Shown piece after piece: positions 28,783 to 38,300 of a stretch of 64,000 nucleotides of DNA (position 1 is the first letter of the stretch; the number at the start of each line of letters is the position of its first letter). Source of the DNA: an uncultured Chloroflexota bacterium (GTDB taxonomy: Bacteria; Chloroflexota; UBA4733). The notes beneath the pieces are model-generated. The model ran no database searches, was not told the origin of the DNA, and was given only the letters and a program-made list of their open reading frames with translations. The stretch lies in assembly GCA_937967325.1 (NCBI GenBank), contig CALBSQ010000053.1:255-64254 (forward strand), read 5' to 3'. The translations under genes and the position numbers were made by a program.

Positions 28783-29553
28783 TCACAGGGTCGCAGGCGG
28801 CTCGCGCTTGCGGGCGCCGAGCACCAGGAAGGAAGGAGCGACGAGCTGCCGCTGATAGGTGGCAGGCCGTGCAACTGCGAAGACCTCATCGGGTAATGGC
28901 TCGTCCAGTGTGTCGATCAGCAAGCCGGCATCCCGCAGATGGCGGGCATACCATTCTAGCGGGCGGTGGTAGCGCATGATCGGGGCGGGCTGGTCACGAT
29001 GGAGCCGGTCAGCGACGGAGTACGCCGTCCGGTAGCGCCACACTCGACGGATCGTGCGGCGCTCACCGTCCACCGTCTCCTCCGTCCAGGCGGAGGCGAG
29101 CGGAGGCTCGAAACAGGGATGCAGCAGCGTGGCGACGAAGCGCCCGCCCGGCCGCACGACGCGCCCCGCTTCACGTAGGATGCCTGCTCCGTCGGCCGCG
29201 TCCATGAGCACCATGTGCGCGGTCACCAAGTCGAAGCGGTCCGGCGGGAAGGGGAGGTGAGCAGCGTCGGCGACGAGGGCGTCGATCCCGAGCGGATTGC
29301 TCGCTTCCCGCGCCCTGGCTCGCGCCACCAGGGTGTGGGACAGGTCGATGCCGATCACCCGCGCACCGTGCTCAGCCAGGAGCCGGCTGGCCAGACCGTT
29401 GCCGCAACCCAGGTCGAGCGCCGACTTCCCGGCAACATCGCCGAGGGCTTGCAACAGGGCGGGGAGCAGCCAATGTCGGTGCGTACGATCGCCTTGCTCG
29501 CCCATCGTCTGGTCGTACCACTCCGCGATGGCCTCGAAGCTGCCGTGCTCCAT
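28783..29553 (-). CDS. class I SAM-dependent methyltransferase
   Basis: ALDLGCGNGLASRLLAEHGARVIGIDLS and VVRPGGRFV. Confidence 0.85.
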   Translation of the reverse strand: MEHGSFEAIAEWYDQTMGEQGDRTHRHWLLPALLQALGDVAGKSALDLGCGNGLASRLLAEHGARVIGIDLSHTLVARARAREASNPLGIDALVADAAHLPFPPDRFDLVTAHMVLMDAADGAGILREAGRVVRPGGRFVATLLHPCFEPPLASAWTEETVDGERRTIRRVWRYRTAYSVADRLHRDQPAPIMRYHRPLEWYARHLRDAGLLIDTLDEPLPDEVFAVARPATYQRQLVAPSFLVLGARKREPPATL

Positions 29554-29687
29554 CGTCCTCCCATATTCCGGTGCGCCGTGGGCGACAGTGCGCCCGGCCG
29601 CGTCTCAGTGGCAGGAGCGATTAAACAGTAAGACGACTCATCAGGACCGCCTACCTACAAGGATGTAACTGCAGAGGATCTTCTTGC

Positions 29688-30065
29688 ATGGATGTGACCC
29701 TCGATCTCGCCTTTACGCCTCGCTGCCCGCTGCCCGGCAAGCCGTTCACAGAGAGCAGCTTCGTTCGCACCACGGCTCGGCATACTTTCGCTTTTGCGGA
29801 TCTCGCGGTCGCGTTGGTCGACGTCTGGAACTTTGGCTGGGAGGATACACCCATCGGGCCAACGCTGGGTCCAGAGCTCAGCCTGGAGCGCGGCCACTCG
29901 CATGCCCAACGCAAGCGCCGGCTCTTGGGGACGTGCCTGGCCCTTGCCGTCGACGAGTTGCGGGCCTTTGGTGTGCCGATCTTTCACTGCACCCGCGCCG
30001 ACGTCCTTGCCAGCTACCCACAGTGGCAGGACTCCACGACGCCTGTGGAGCGCGAGCGGTTCCTC
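29688..30065 (+). pseudogene. N-terminal fragment of an isochorismatase-like hydrolase gene
   Basis: VALVDVWNFGW...DELRAFGVPIFHCTRAD parallels LVLCDVWDRH...ALRARGTLVVHAPSD of the intact gene at 3956..4735. Family features are lost after about 125 codons, where the antisense fragment begins. Confidence 0.5.
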
Positions 30066-30072
30066 GGGGCGC

Positions 30073-30690
30073 TCATCGCACTGCCGCTTCTTCCAGCGCG
30101 AAGCGATCTGCTCCGGCATCGAGCGCGGCGCGCACGCCCAGCGGCAGTATCAGCCGGGGATCGGTGTGACCGAAGGTTAGGATCGGAAAGTCCCAGGATG
30201 CCGTGTGACGCAGCAGGAGGTCGTCTACCTGCCGGTGCTCGGCGTCGGACAGCCCCCAAATCTTGCCGACCACCATCCCAGCTAACGGGTCGAACACGCC
30301 GAGCAGGCCGAGATGCGTCAGCGCCTCATCGATGGCATGCACCGGCGCGGACTCCAGCTTGACTTCCTCCCAGAACAGGATTGCCCCGATGAAGGAGGGC
30401 CGGTAGACCGTGCCGGCCAGTGAGCGCAGGGTACCCAGGTTGCCGCCCACTAGTGGACCGCTTGCGAGACCCGGCCGCAGCCAGCGCCAGCCGTCGTTCG
30501 GGTACATCGGCCGGGGGGCGTCATCGCTCGGCGCGGCGTCGGTCCACGCCTCCGGTGGAAGCAGCCGGCCGACAGCGTGCCTCGACGAAGATCACCGGGA
30601 ATCCGGCGAAGAGTGGGTGATAATGCTCCAACCAGCACGGTGTGACCATAGTCTCCGCGATGATGCTGTGCCAGGAAGGATCAGGTCGCC
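30073..30690 (-). pseudogene. LD-carboxypeptidase (peptidase S66) remnant: C-domain intact, N-part frameshifted and truncated
   Basis: 30073..30507 reads GPLVGGNLGTLRSLAGTVYRPSFIGAILFWEEV...LGLLGVFDPLAGMVVGKI...FGHTDP. An upstream in-frame stop is present. A possible degenerate nucleophile region lies in another frame. There is no N-terminus. Confidence 0.55.
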
Positions 30691-31032
30691 TTGCTTTCCA
30701 TTGTTCTCGCGGTCCACCGCGTGCTGCCAGACCGTGCCGCGACACCAGGCGCCATCGCCACCCTAACCAAAAAAGCCGCCGATCGGGGTGCGGAGTTGAT
30801 ACTTTTCGCCGAGACGGCCGTCACCGGCTTTGTCGCGACCGGCGACCCGGCTCACGATCTGCCACTGGGCGAGCCGGTACCAGGACCGTCGACGCTGGCA
30901 CTGGCGGAGGTCGCTCGGCAGCGGTGCATCTGGCTCGGACTGGGTCTTTACCAGCGGGATGGTGGCCGGCTCTATGATTCCGCGGTGCTGCTCTCGCCCG
31001 ATGGTCAGGTCGTAAACGTTCCACAACGATGA
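30691..31032 (+). pseudogene. N-terminal fragment of a carbon-nitrogen hydrolase (nitrilase superfamily) gene
   Basis: KKAADRGAELILFAETAVTGF (catalytic Glu context) and YDSAVLLSPDGQVV. It stops after 113 codons, against roughly 260-280 expected. Confidence 0.6.
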
Positions 31033-31046
31033 AGCTTGCTCCGGCG

Positions 31047-31075
31047 TTGACACGCCGACGCTTCATTGGTATATT
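31047..31075 (+). promoter_or_regulatory. near-consensus sigma70-type promoter for the SBP gene at 31151
   Basis: TTGACA (31047-31052), a 17-nt spacer and TATATT (31070-31075). Confidence 0.45.
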
Positions 31076-31150
31076 ACCGGCATATCATGCTGCCTGCCGC
31101 CCCTGGCTCTCGCGCGGGGTAGCCGCCGGGGATGGCGACACCCTCCCTTA

Positions 31151-32779
31151 GTGAGTGGTTTTGCAGGAGGGTTGACCATGGCTCTTGAGTTATCCCAGCC
31201 AACGACCCGTCGCCGGCTTCTCCGCAGTGCTGGCATGGTGAGCGTCATGTGCTCCCTGCTGCTCGCCGCGTGCGGTGGCGCCGCTGCTGTCAGCACCGGA
31301 AGCTCCGTCGGGAGTGCCGCCTCCTCCGCCAACACCGGCGCGGCTTCCAGCAGCCCGGCTAGCTCCGGCGCAGCGGCGGTCACGACTTCCAGCGCGGTCG
31401 CCAGTACCAGTGCCGCGTCCAGCAGCGCCGTCGTGTCCAGCAGTAGCGCTGCCCCGGTCAGCAGTGTCGTCACCAGCACGACCGCCAGCGCCACGAGCGC
31501 GGCTGCCCTCAGCGCGAGCACCGCGGCTGCTTCCGCTCCAGCCGCGGCCGGACTCAAGATCAGCTTCCTCAACTGGTACACCACCTCGGTCGTTGGCGCA
31601 GATACCGCCAAGGTGCTGGGTGGTCTGCTGGATACGTATAAGCAACGAACCGGGGTGACGGTGGAGAATGTCGGGGCAGGCTTTTCCGACGTCAGCCAGA
31701 AGCTCCTGGCCGGCGTGGCTGCGAATGACCCTCCGGACGCCTCCTTCAGCTCGATTATCTGGGGCCGCGACTGGTATGACCAGGGTATCCTGGCCGACAT
31801 CGATTCTTTCGTGGCCCAGGCCGCGGATGTGCAGGGCGACAAGTTCTTCGCGGCCTCCAAGCAGTTTCGCCAGACGTGCGGTCACACCTTCGGCCTGCCG
31901 GTCATGGGGCCGGAGTCGCTGATCTTCTGGGTGGATCAGAACAAGCTCCAGGCGGCCGGCTTCGACCCCATGGGCAAGGACCTGAAGACCTGGGACGACC
32001 TGGCGCGCGGCGCGCAGAAGCTGACCAAGACGGGTCCCGACGGCAAGATCACCCTGGCCGGGCTGGCCACCACGGGCAGTCTGGGCATCGCCTGGCTCAC
32101 CGCCTGGACTGAGACCACCGGCCACTCGCTGTTCGACGCCGAGCAGAACGCCGCCTACTACAACGCCCCCGAGACCGTTTCTGCCGTTCAGTTCCTCGTC
32201 GATCTGGCCAACAAGGACAACGTAGCGCCGCCTCTAGCTGAGAAGGGCAGACCAGCCAACCTAGCCGCGATCGGGACGGGCAAGGCGGCGATGGCCCTGG
32301 ACGAGACCGAGCCGGGCGACCAGTTCCAATACGTCAACTCCAACTTGTGGATGGCTCCGCTGCCCGCCGCGCCGACAGCCCAGGGCCAGGCGGCGACGGC
32401 CACCTGGCTCAACTTCATGGTGATGCCCAAGAACGGCAAGCATATCCCCGAGGCCTTCCAGCCTATTCGCTTCCTCGCCGGCTTCGAGGCGCAAGTGCAG
32501 CTGGAGCTCTTCCCGCCCGGCGCACCGCCGTCGCTGGCGCCGCGTTTCGACTTCTACGACTCGCCGCAGTGGAAACAGGCGCTTAAGGATCACCCGAATC
32601 TGCAAGGGGCGGTCGATATCGCCAAGCTGCCCGGCGTCTACCCCTACCACCGCTTCACCGACCAGAACAAGCAGATCGCCCCGCTGTTACAAAAGGCCTG
32701 CACAGCCCAGATGGACGTCAAGACCGCGCTGGACCAGGCGCAGCAGTTCGCCACCCAGATCCTGGCGCCCAAGCAGTAG
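31151..32779 (+). CDS. ABC transporter substrate-binding lipoprotein, orphan
   Basis: TRRRLLRSAGMVSVMCSLLLAACGG, a roughly 100-aa Ser/Ala/Thr linker and an SBP body. The start could be GTG 31151 or ATG 31178. Confidence 0.85.
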   Translation: MSGFAGGLTMALELSQPTTRRRLLRSAGMVSVMCSLLLAACGGAAAVSTGSSVGSAASSANTGAASSSPASSGAAAVTTSSAVASTSAASSSAVVSSSSAAPVSSVVTSTTASATSAAALSASTAAASAPAAAGLKISFLNWYTTSVVGADTAKVLGGLLDTYKQRTGVTVENVGAGFSDVSQKLLAGVAANDPPDASFSSIIWGRDWYDQGILADIDSFVAQAADVQGDKFFAASKQFRQTCGHTFGLPVMGPESLIFWVDQNKLQAAGFDPMGKDLKTWDDLARGAQKLTKTGPDGKITLAGLATTGSLGIAWLTAWTETTGHSLFDAEQNAAYYNAPETVSAVQFLVDLANKDNVAPPLAEKGRPANLAAIGTGKAAMALDETEPGDQFQYVNSNLWMAPLPAAPTAQGQAATATWLNFMVMPKNGKHIPEAFQPIRFLAGFEAQVQLELFPPGAPPSLAPRFDFYDSPQWKQALKDHPNLQGAVDIAKLPGVYPYHRFTDQNKQIAPLLQKACTAQMDVKTALDQAQQFATQILAPKQ

Positions 32780-32826
32780 CGCCCGTCGGCGGCGCGCAAT
32801 GCCTCTGAGGAAAAGGACATGGCATC

Positions 32827-34269
32827 GTGAAAGCAGGATTCCACGTCACCGACATCACGCCACCCATCGGCATGGAGGTGCCGGGCGGCTATGGCAAGAG
32901 CTACAGCCGGCAGATCCACGACCCGCTGAAGGCGCGAGCGGCGGTGTTCGAGCAGGACGGTACGGCGCTAGCTCTCGTCGGCGTGGACACCTGCGACCTG
33001 CCGCTCTCCAACCGGCTGCTTGCCCAGGTGCGACAGGAGATCGAGCGCCGCTGCGGCATTCCCGGCGACAATGTCATGGTCGGCGCTTCGCACACCCATA
33101 GTGGCGGACCGCTGAGCTGGTACGAGCTGAACGCCTTCGCGGAAGCGCCGGAGCTGGTGCGGACGCTGGTGCGGGAGCATTCCACCAACCCTGATCCGCT
33201 GTACGTGGAGTGGGCCGGCCGGCAGATCGTCAGCGCCGTACACGAAGCGTACCGGGCGCGGCAGGAGGCGCGTCTGGCCGTCGGTCGTGGGGTGGAGGAC
33301 CAATCAGGGTTCAATCGTCGCTTCCGGATGGCCAACGGCCGCGTCTACACCCACCCCGGCAAGGGCAATCCCGACATCGTCGCACCGGCTGGTCCGGTGG
33401 ACCCCGAGGTTGGCGTACTCGCCGCCTGGAGTTTGGGCGGTGAGTTGCTCGGCTGCGTGGTCAACTTCGGCTGCCACTGCACCACCTTCTCCGGTGGCAT
33501 TTCCGCCGACTATGTCTGCTACCTCGAGCGGACCATCCAGGGCGCCATGGGCCAGCAGGCGGGAGTGGTCTTTCTGCAGGGCGCCTCCGGTGACGTCACG
33601 CAGGTGGATAACCGGTCGTTGCGGGCGCGTGAGTTCGGCGAGGCCTGGAGCCGCCGCGTTGGCACGCGCGTCGGCGCGGAGGCGGTGAAGGCGCTGGCTT
33701 CTGCCGAGCCGGGTGACCTGGCGCCGCTGACCGCCGCGACGCAGGTACTCCACATCCAGCGCCGCCGGCCCAGCGCGACGCGCCTGGAGCAGAGCAGGCG
33801 TATCGTCGAGGAGGGGCTGCGCTCCGGCCAGCGCGACACCGCCTGGACCTTCGCCAAGGAGATCGTGCTGCTGGACTACTTGCTGCGGGTCGATCCGATC
33901 GCCGAAGTAGAGGTCCAGGCGCTCCAGGTGGGTCCGGCGATATTTCTGTCCAACCCGGCGGAGTACTTCGCCGAATCCGGGCTGCGGATCAAGCGGGCCT
34001 CACCGTTTCCGTATACCTTCGTGGTGACGCTGGCTAACGGCTGCGTCGGCTACGTGCCACCAGCCGCGGCCTTCGCCCCCGATGGCGGAGGCTATGAGAC
34101 CGTCCTGTGCTCGTATTCCAACCTGGAGATCACGGCCGAGGAGCAGATCGCCACCGCAAGCTTGCACCTGGCGCATCAGCTCACGCCGGGGATCGTGCCC
34201 CAGCCGGCACAGATCGAAGGGCCGCAGGAGCCCTGGAGCTACGGGGTACTGGGTCCGGACGTGGAGTGA
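32827..34269 (+). CDS. neutral/alkaline ceramidase-like hydrolase
   Basis: FHVTDITPPIGMEVPGGYG and VMVGASHTHSGGP are N-terminal ceramidase-domain motifs. About 480 aa. Confidence 0.7.
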   Translation: MKAGFHVTDITPPIGMEVPGGYGKSYSRQIHDPLKARAAVFEQDGTALALVGVDTCDLPLSNRLLAQVRQEIERRCGIPGDNVMVGASHTHSGGPLSWYELNAFAEAPELVRTLVREHSTNPDPLYVEWAGRQIVSAVHEAYRARQEARLAVGRGVEDQSGFNRRFRMANGRVYTHPGKGNPDIVAPAGPVDPEVGVLAAWSLGGELLGCVVNFGCHCTTFSGGISADYVCYLERTIQGAMGQQAGVVFLQGASGDVTQVDNRSLRAREFGEAWSRRVGTRVGAEAVKALASAEPGDLAPLTAATQVLHIQRRRPSATRLEQSRRIVEEGLRSGQRDTAWTFAKEIVLLDYLLRVDPIAEVEVQALQVGPAIFLSNPAEYFAESGLRIKRASPFPYTFVVTLANGCVGYVPPAAAFAPDGGGYETVLCSYSNLEITAEEQIATASLHLAHQLTPGIVPQPAQIEGPQEPWSYGVLGPDVE

Positions 34270-34364
34270 GCGGCTTTCCCGTACAACCTATCCTAAAACC
34301 CGGGAGCGTCGTATGACTAGCCCTCTGGTTGCCGTACTCCTTTCCTCGGAGCCTTCGTCCGGCA

Positions 34365-35051
34365 CTACTCGGGCGCCCCATCGAGGCGGGCACGCAAGCG
34401 GGCAACCTCCGCCTCCAATGCAACGGCGCGTTCGGCTTCCTCCTCCGGAGAAGGCAGGCGCTCCCTGTGCTCGTCCACGACGCGCAGCCAGGGGTGGTCG
34501 CCCAGCTGTAGTCCCAATCCGCCCAGCACTCCGCTGCGCAGCACCCCGTCGCTCTCGATGGCCCACTCACCCCAGGCGTCCTCACTGTCACGGCGATAGC
34601 CGAAGAGCTTTGGTCCCCCATCCTTGCGGTCGGGCCAGTAGAGGATGTACTCCTCCACGCCCATCGCCTGGTAGTACTCCGGCTTCTGGACGGTGTCCCG
34701 GTAGACGCTGTCCTTGGTCACGATCTCCAGCACCAGGCGCGGCGGTCTGCCCTCCTGACGCACATCCCAGGATTCGCGCAGGCGATCGTCCGCCTCCGCC
34801 ACGAACACGTCCGGTCCCAACGTCAGCGTGCCGCCCTCTGGCTTTGGCGCGGTGACGCTCAGCTCGCCGGAGACGTGCCAGCCCAGGTTGCGCCGCTGTG
34901 CGTGCAGGCGTAGGATGCCAACCAGCAAGCGCCCAACGAAGTATTGGAACTCCGGCATCGTCATCCAAGGCGCCTCATTCGTGTCATCCACTGCCGCCTG
35001 CACCAGCGGCGTCGTCAGGTTTACCGTCTCCCCAAGATTGGCGATGGCCAT
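34365..35051 (-). CDS. Uma2 family (DUF820) endonuclease with C-terminal coiled-coil tail
   Basis: LGPDVFVAEADD...PRLVLEIVTKDSVYRDTVQKPEYYQAMGVEEYILYWP. Confidence 0.8.
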   Translation of the reverse strand: MAIANLGETVNLTTPLVQAAVDDTNEAPWMTMPEFQYFVGRLLVGILRLHAQRRNLGWHVSGELSVTAPKPEGGTLTLGPDVFVAEADDRLRESWDVRQEGRPPRLVLEIVTKDSVYRDTVQKPEYYQAMGVEEYILYWPDRKDGGPKLFGYRRDSEDAWGEWAIESDGVLRSGVLGGLGLQLGDHPWLRVVDEHRERLPSPEEEAERAVALEAEVARLRARLDGAPE

Positions 35052-35100
35052 CTGCGCCTCCTTTGCCGGGTACCAGACTCATTCTAGCGCAGCACCGCGT

Positions 35101-35376
35101 TCAGGCCGACTGGCCGATGCGGCGTACTTCGCGCAGGCGCTCCAGCACCCAGATCCGCATCAAGGTTGTCGGACCGATGTCCAGGTCGCGCGCCTCGGCC
35201 ACGAGCTGCTTCCAGTGCTCGTCGCTCAGCCGGATCGGCGCCACTTTGTCGAGCGGCTGCTTCACCTTCAGCTCGACCGCCTCGCCCGACGGCAGCACCG
35301 TTTCCCCGGTGTCGATCCGATCAATCAATTGCTGACGCGCCTGCTCCCGCTCGTCCTGGTTATTCTCGTCGTCCAT
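35101..35376 (-). CDS. ribbon-helix-helix (CopG/BrnA-like) antitoxin-type protein, no toxin adjacent
   Basis: ATG 35376 after GGAGGGA. APIRLSDEHWKQLVAEARDLDIGPTTLMRIWVLERL is the typical RHH antitoxin C-terminus. Confidence 0.55.
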   Translation of the reverse strand: MDDENNQDEREQARQQLIDRIDTGETVLPSGEAVELKVKQPLDKVAPIRLSDEHWKQLVAEARDLDIGPTTLMRIWVLERLREVRRIGQSA

Positions 35377-35439
35377 CACTTCCCTCCGTGACTGTGATAC
35401 CAGCGACGCTCCGCCGGTGGCATTCATCGTGCCGTCGCC

Positions 35440-35650
35440 ACACGCCAGGCGCCGCCGCCCTCGGCAGCATCCCTGTGGCCTGGTGGCTCCGCCACCTCTC
35501 CCTGGCGCAACTCTATGCCGCGACCGTCATCGAGGGTGCGTTGTTCGTCTTCCATCACATCGTCCACCAGTCCGTCCTGCCGAGCATCGTCTCCAGGGAG
35601 CAGCTCGCCGCCCCCATCGCCCTACTGGCGGCTCTCGCCGTCACCCTGAA
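35440..35650 (+). pseudogene. internal fragment of an MFS transporter gene
   Basis: GSIPVAWWLRHLSLAQLYAATVIEGALFVFHHIVHQSVLPSIVSREQLAAPIAL resembles the TM4-loop-TM5 region of EntS-type MFS proteins. There is no start and no remainder. Confidence 0.4.
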
Positions 35651-35795
35651 TGGAGACATCCGGAACGCTCCCTCAACGCGCACGTTAGGGCGAATGCCGT
35701 AGCCACATCCCCCAACATTGGCGGCGTATCGTCCCTCGGTGTCGCCCCGGCTGAACTGGCTAGCTACAGAAGTCGCCAGCTTTGAGACGGCACAC

Positions 35796-37367
35796 CTATG
35801 ACGTAGGTGGCGACGGTCCGCTTACCGCCGGGCTCCTGCCGTAGGTCGTTCGATAGATCTCCAGTAGGGAATACACGGTGGTGCGGGACAGCCCGCCGAG
35901 TACGAAGTGCTCGCTGCCGGTGAAAGTGTCCAAGGCACGCAGTGTGCCGGAGTCGGCATCACCCATCTGGTAGCCCTGCTGCGCATAGAGCTCGCGACCA
36001 CCTCCTCCCAGCATGATGGCCGAGATTGGCGTGTCGGGGAGCCAGTCCGCCGTGACCCTCCAGCGTGCCGTGTCAATTACCCAGATGCCATGGGCCTGGG
36101 TAGAGCTGCCGGCTCCAAAGGCGCCGACCGCGTACAAGCGGCACCCATCCGGCGAGAGCTGCATCTCACCGGGGAAGGAGACTTTGGCCTCGGCTTCCTG
36201 AAGGAAGAGGCCGCGCACCGCTACCCAGGCGCCACTCACGGAGGGTTGGCTGCGCGCCGCCTTGACCGCGCCGACATCCAGCGTCACGAGGCGCTCGAGG
36301 CGGCGCTTGGTGAGATCAACAATGGCGAGTTGCCCGAGCGTGGGCGCCAGTACGTAGAGGCGCCTGCCATCCGGGGATACGGCTTGCTCGCGCGGCAACA
36401 GGTCAGTCTGCTCCCGGAACGGGAGATCGAGCACCGGCAGCGCCGCGCCGATGGACAGATCGAAAAACTCCACCTCGAGCGCCTGCCCATTCGTGCCGGG
36501 CTGGTAGCTCAGGCCGTAGAGCGCAGCGCCATCCGGAGTGAGCCAGCGACCGCTAAAGAAGGACACAGTGGCCGAGCCGGCCTGCCTGATCGGGTAGCGC
36601 CGCAGCTCCAGCTTGCCATCGGGGAGGTGGAGACGATAGTAAGCGGTATAGAGGTCGGCGCCAGCCGATCCCGGGGCAAAGGTCACCAGGAGGTACAGAT
36701 GCTTGCCGTCCGGAGCGCCCACGATCCTGGTGTCGTTGACCTTGTACCCACCTAGGTCCACCTTCCAGGATGCCGCCTTCCGTCCGCTCGCCAGGTCCAG
36801 CGCGACGACGCTCAGCGGCGGGGACGATTGCCAGGGCTGGCTGGCCACATAGACCCGATCCCCGGCCACCGCAAGGGCCGAGTTCAGAAATGGCACGTGG
36901 TCCTTGCCGCCAATTACCGGCTGCGAGGCAATCTGTGCCGACCAAAGGCGCCGGAGCGACCGGCTGTCGAAGGCAACGACGTTCTCGCTCTGTCCCCCGC
37001 TGTCGACGCTGGTCTGGGTGAAGAGCAATTGCCGGCCATCCGGCGAGGGCGCCGGGGCGCCGGCCCCCTCGATCAGCAGCCGCCGCGTCTGGGTCGTGGG
37101 CAAGAAGAGCGAGGCCTGAGCGCCCCGCGGCGAGCCGATGAGCAGCAGATCGTCGGGTATGGCCGCGGTCGGCCGCATTGCGGCGCGAATGGCCGGCTGG
37201 GCGATCGTGGCGGCGGTCACCAGCGGGCCGAGGAGGACCACGATCAATATCGCGCTGAGCAGCGGGCGCAGTGGCAAGGGCGCGCGGCCCAGCTCACGTC
37301 TGACTGGATCCTCCGGCGCCACGGCGGCTGTCTCCTTACTCGGCGCCCGGTCGGTCAGCGGTCTCAT
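35796..37367 (-). CDS. membrane-anchored beta-propeller repeat protein (YVTN/lactonase-like repeats)
   Basis: N-terminal TM segment ILIVVLLGPLVTAATIA. Recurrent SPDGRQLLF, APDGKHLYLL, TPDGAALYGL, SPDGRRLYVL and SPDGCRLYAV blades. Confidence 0.7.
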   Translation of the reverse strand: MRPLTDRAPSKETAAVAPEDPVRRELGRAPLPLRPLLSAILIVVLLGPLVTAATIAQPAIRAAMRPTAAIPDDLLLIGSPRGAQASLFLPTTQTRRLLIEGAGAPAPSPDGRQLLFTQTSVDSGGQSENVVAFDSRSLRRLWSAQIASQPVIGGKDHVPFLNSALAVAGDRVYVASQPWQSSPPLSVVALDLASGRKAASWKVDLGGYKVNDTRIVGAPDGKHLYLLVTFAPGSAGADLYTAYYRLHLPDGKLELRRYPIRQAGSATVSFFSGRWLTPDGAALYGLSYQPGTNGQALEVEFFDLSIGAALPVLDLPFREQTDLLPREQAVSPDGRRLYVLAPTLGQLAIVDLTKRRLERLVTLDVGAVKAARSQPSVSGAWVAVRGLFLQEAEAKVSFPGEMQLSPDGCRLYAVGAFGAGSSTQAHGIWVIDTARWRVTADWLPDTPISAIMLGGGGRELYAQQGYQMGDADSGTLRALDTFTGSEHFVLGGLSRTTVYSLLEIYRTTYGRSPAVSGPSPPTS

Positions 37368-37530
37368 GGCGTCCCTCCGCGTACATGCCCGGCTCCATAG
37401 TATCTACAATCGACCCAACCAGCGGGTTCCCCGATGCCCCGATGTCCAGCGGGTCACCAAGGCGGACCCTCATGTGGGTGTGACGCGATTCGTTACCGCT
37501 TGCGCATGTCCTGTGGCGCCGCGTCCGCCG

Positions 37531-37670
37531 GCTGCCCGACGCTGAACCGGCGGGCTCACAGTTTCAACCCTGCTGCAGCAGGCTAAGCTCGCCGACCGGT
37601 TGCGCTTGAAACGCTAGCCGCCTTCAGGCGGGTTGAAATTGTTAGCCTGCCGGTTCAGCGGCAGGCGCGC
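37531..37670. repeat. ~140-bp imperfect nested palindrome in a ~930-bp noncoding gap
   Basis: Concentric inverted repeats centred near 37600. GCTGAACCGG (37541-50) pairs with CCGGTTCAGC (37651-60). TTTCAACCC (37562-70) pairs with GGGTTGAAA (37631-39). Each arm also holds a local hairpin (CTGCTGCAGCAG; CCGCCTTCAGGCGG). Confidence 0.5.
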
Positions 37671-38096
37671 GTCGCAGGCAATGCCCCATGGTTTGCGCCA
37701 GTGGTAACGCCTCGGCAGCGCCCCTCACATTGCTCGTGGGAGGCGGTTCTCCGCGTCGTGCTACACTCCGGAGGAGTTGGCCCGTGCCCTTGGCGGGCCG
37801 TGGGACGGGAAGACGGAGACACCGGCACGTTTGAGCGACGCGTCTGCATGCCCCCAGCTCGTGTCGATCTGTTGGGCTATCAGGGTGCTGCTCGTCCCGG
37901 TCCCGCTGAGTCACCATCGCTTACCTCTGCTGCAAGGAAAGCGCGTCTCCCAGCCGGTCGGCAAGCAGCGATTCGCTCGTCCCAGCAGTGGTAGACAACC
38001 TCTCCGTTCTCCGCGACTCCTCGCTTCCAACGATCACCACCCCGTCCATTCGGGCCCGCGCCGACGATATGCATATAGAATAGGAGGCCACTGCAC

Positions 38097-38297
38097 ATGG
38101 CGGATCAGCGGATCAGCAGCCGATGCCATCCGCGGATGCGCATGCTACGCTCCTACCGGCCTCCGGAGGTCGAGGCCGCGGGCGTGCCGGCGGTGGTGGT
38201 CGAGCACGAGAGCCTGCTGGACGGCGCCCGGTTCGAGGCCGTCTATGCTCGGGACAGCCTCCGGCTGCTCGGCATCCACGGTGCGCCGAAGGAGTAG
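38097..38297 (+). CDS. small hypothetical protein translationally coupled to the ABC exporter pair
   Basis: AGGAGG lies 9 nt upstream of ATG 38097. GC3-rich 66-codon frame. The stop lies 3 nt before the exporter GTG 38301. An AT-rich patch (GATATGCATATAGAAT) lies upstream. No family was recognised. Confidence 0.5.
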   Translation: MADQRISSRCHPRMRMLRSYRPPEVEAAGVPAVVVEHESLLDGARFEAVYARDSLRLLGIHGAPKE

Positions 38298-38300
38298 CCG

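Noticed and set aside
37561-37640. CRISPR-like units beginning GTTTCAACCC, each with an internal hairpin.
   Set aside because: Only two diverged copies are present, in inverted orientation. There are no direct-repeat array, no spacers and no cas genes. The units are better described as arms of a palindromic element.
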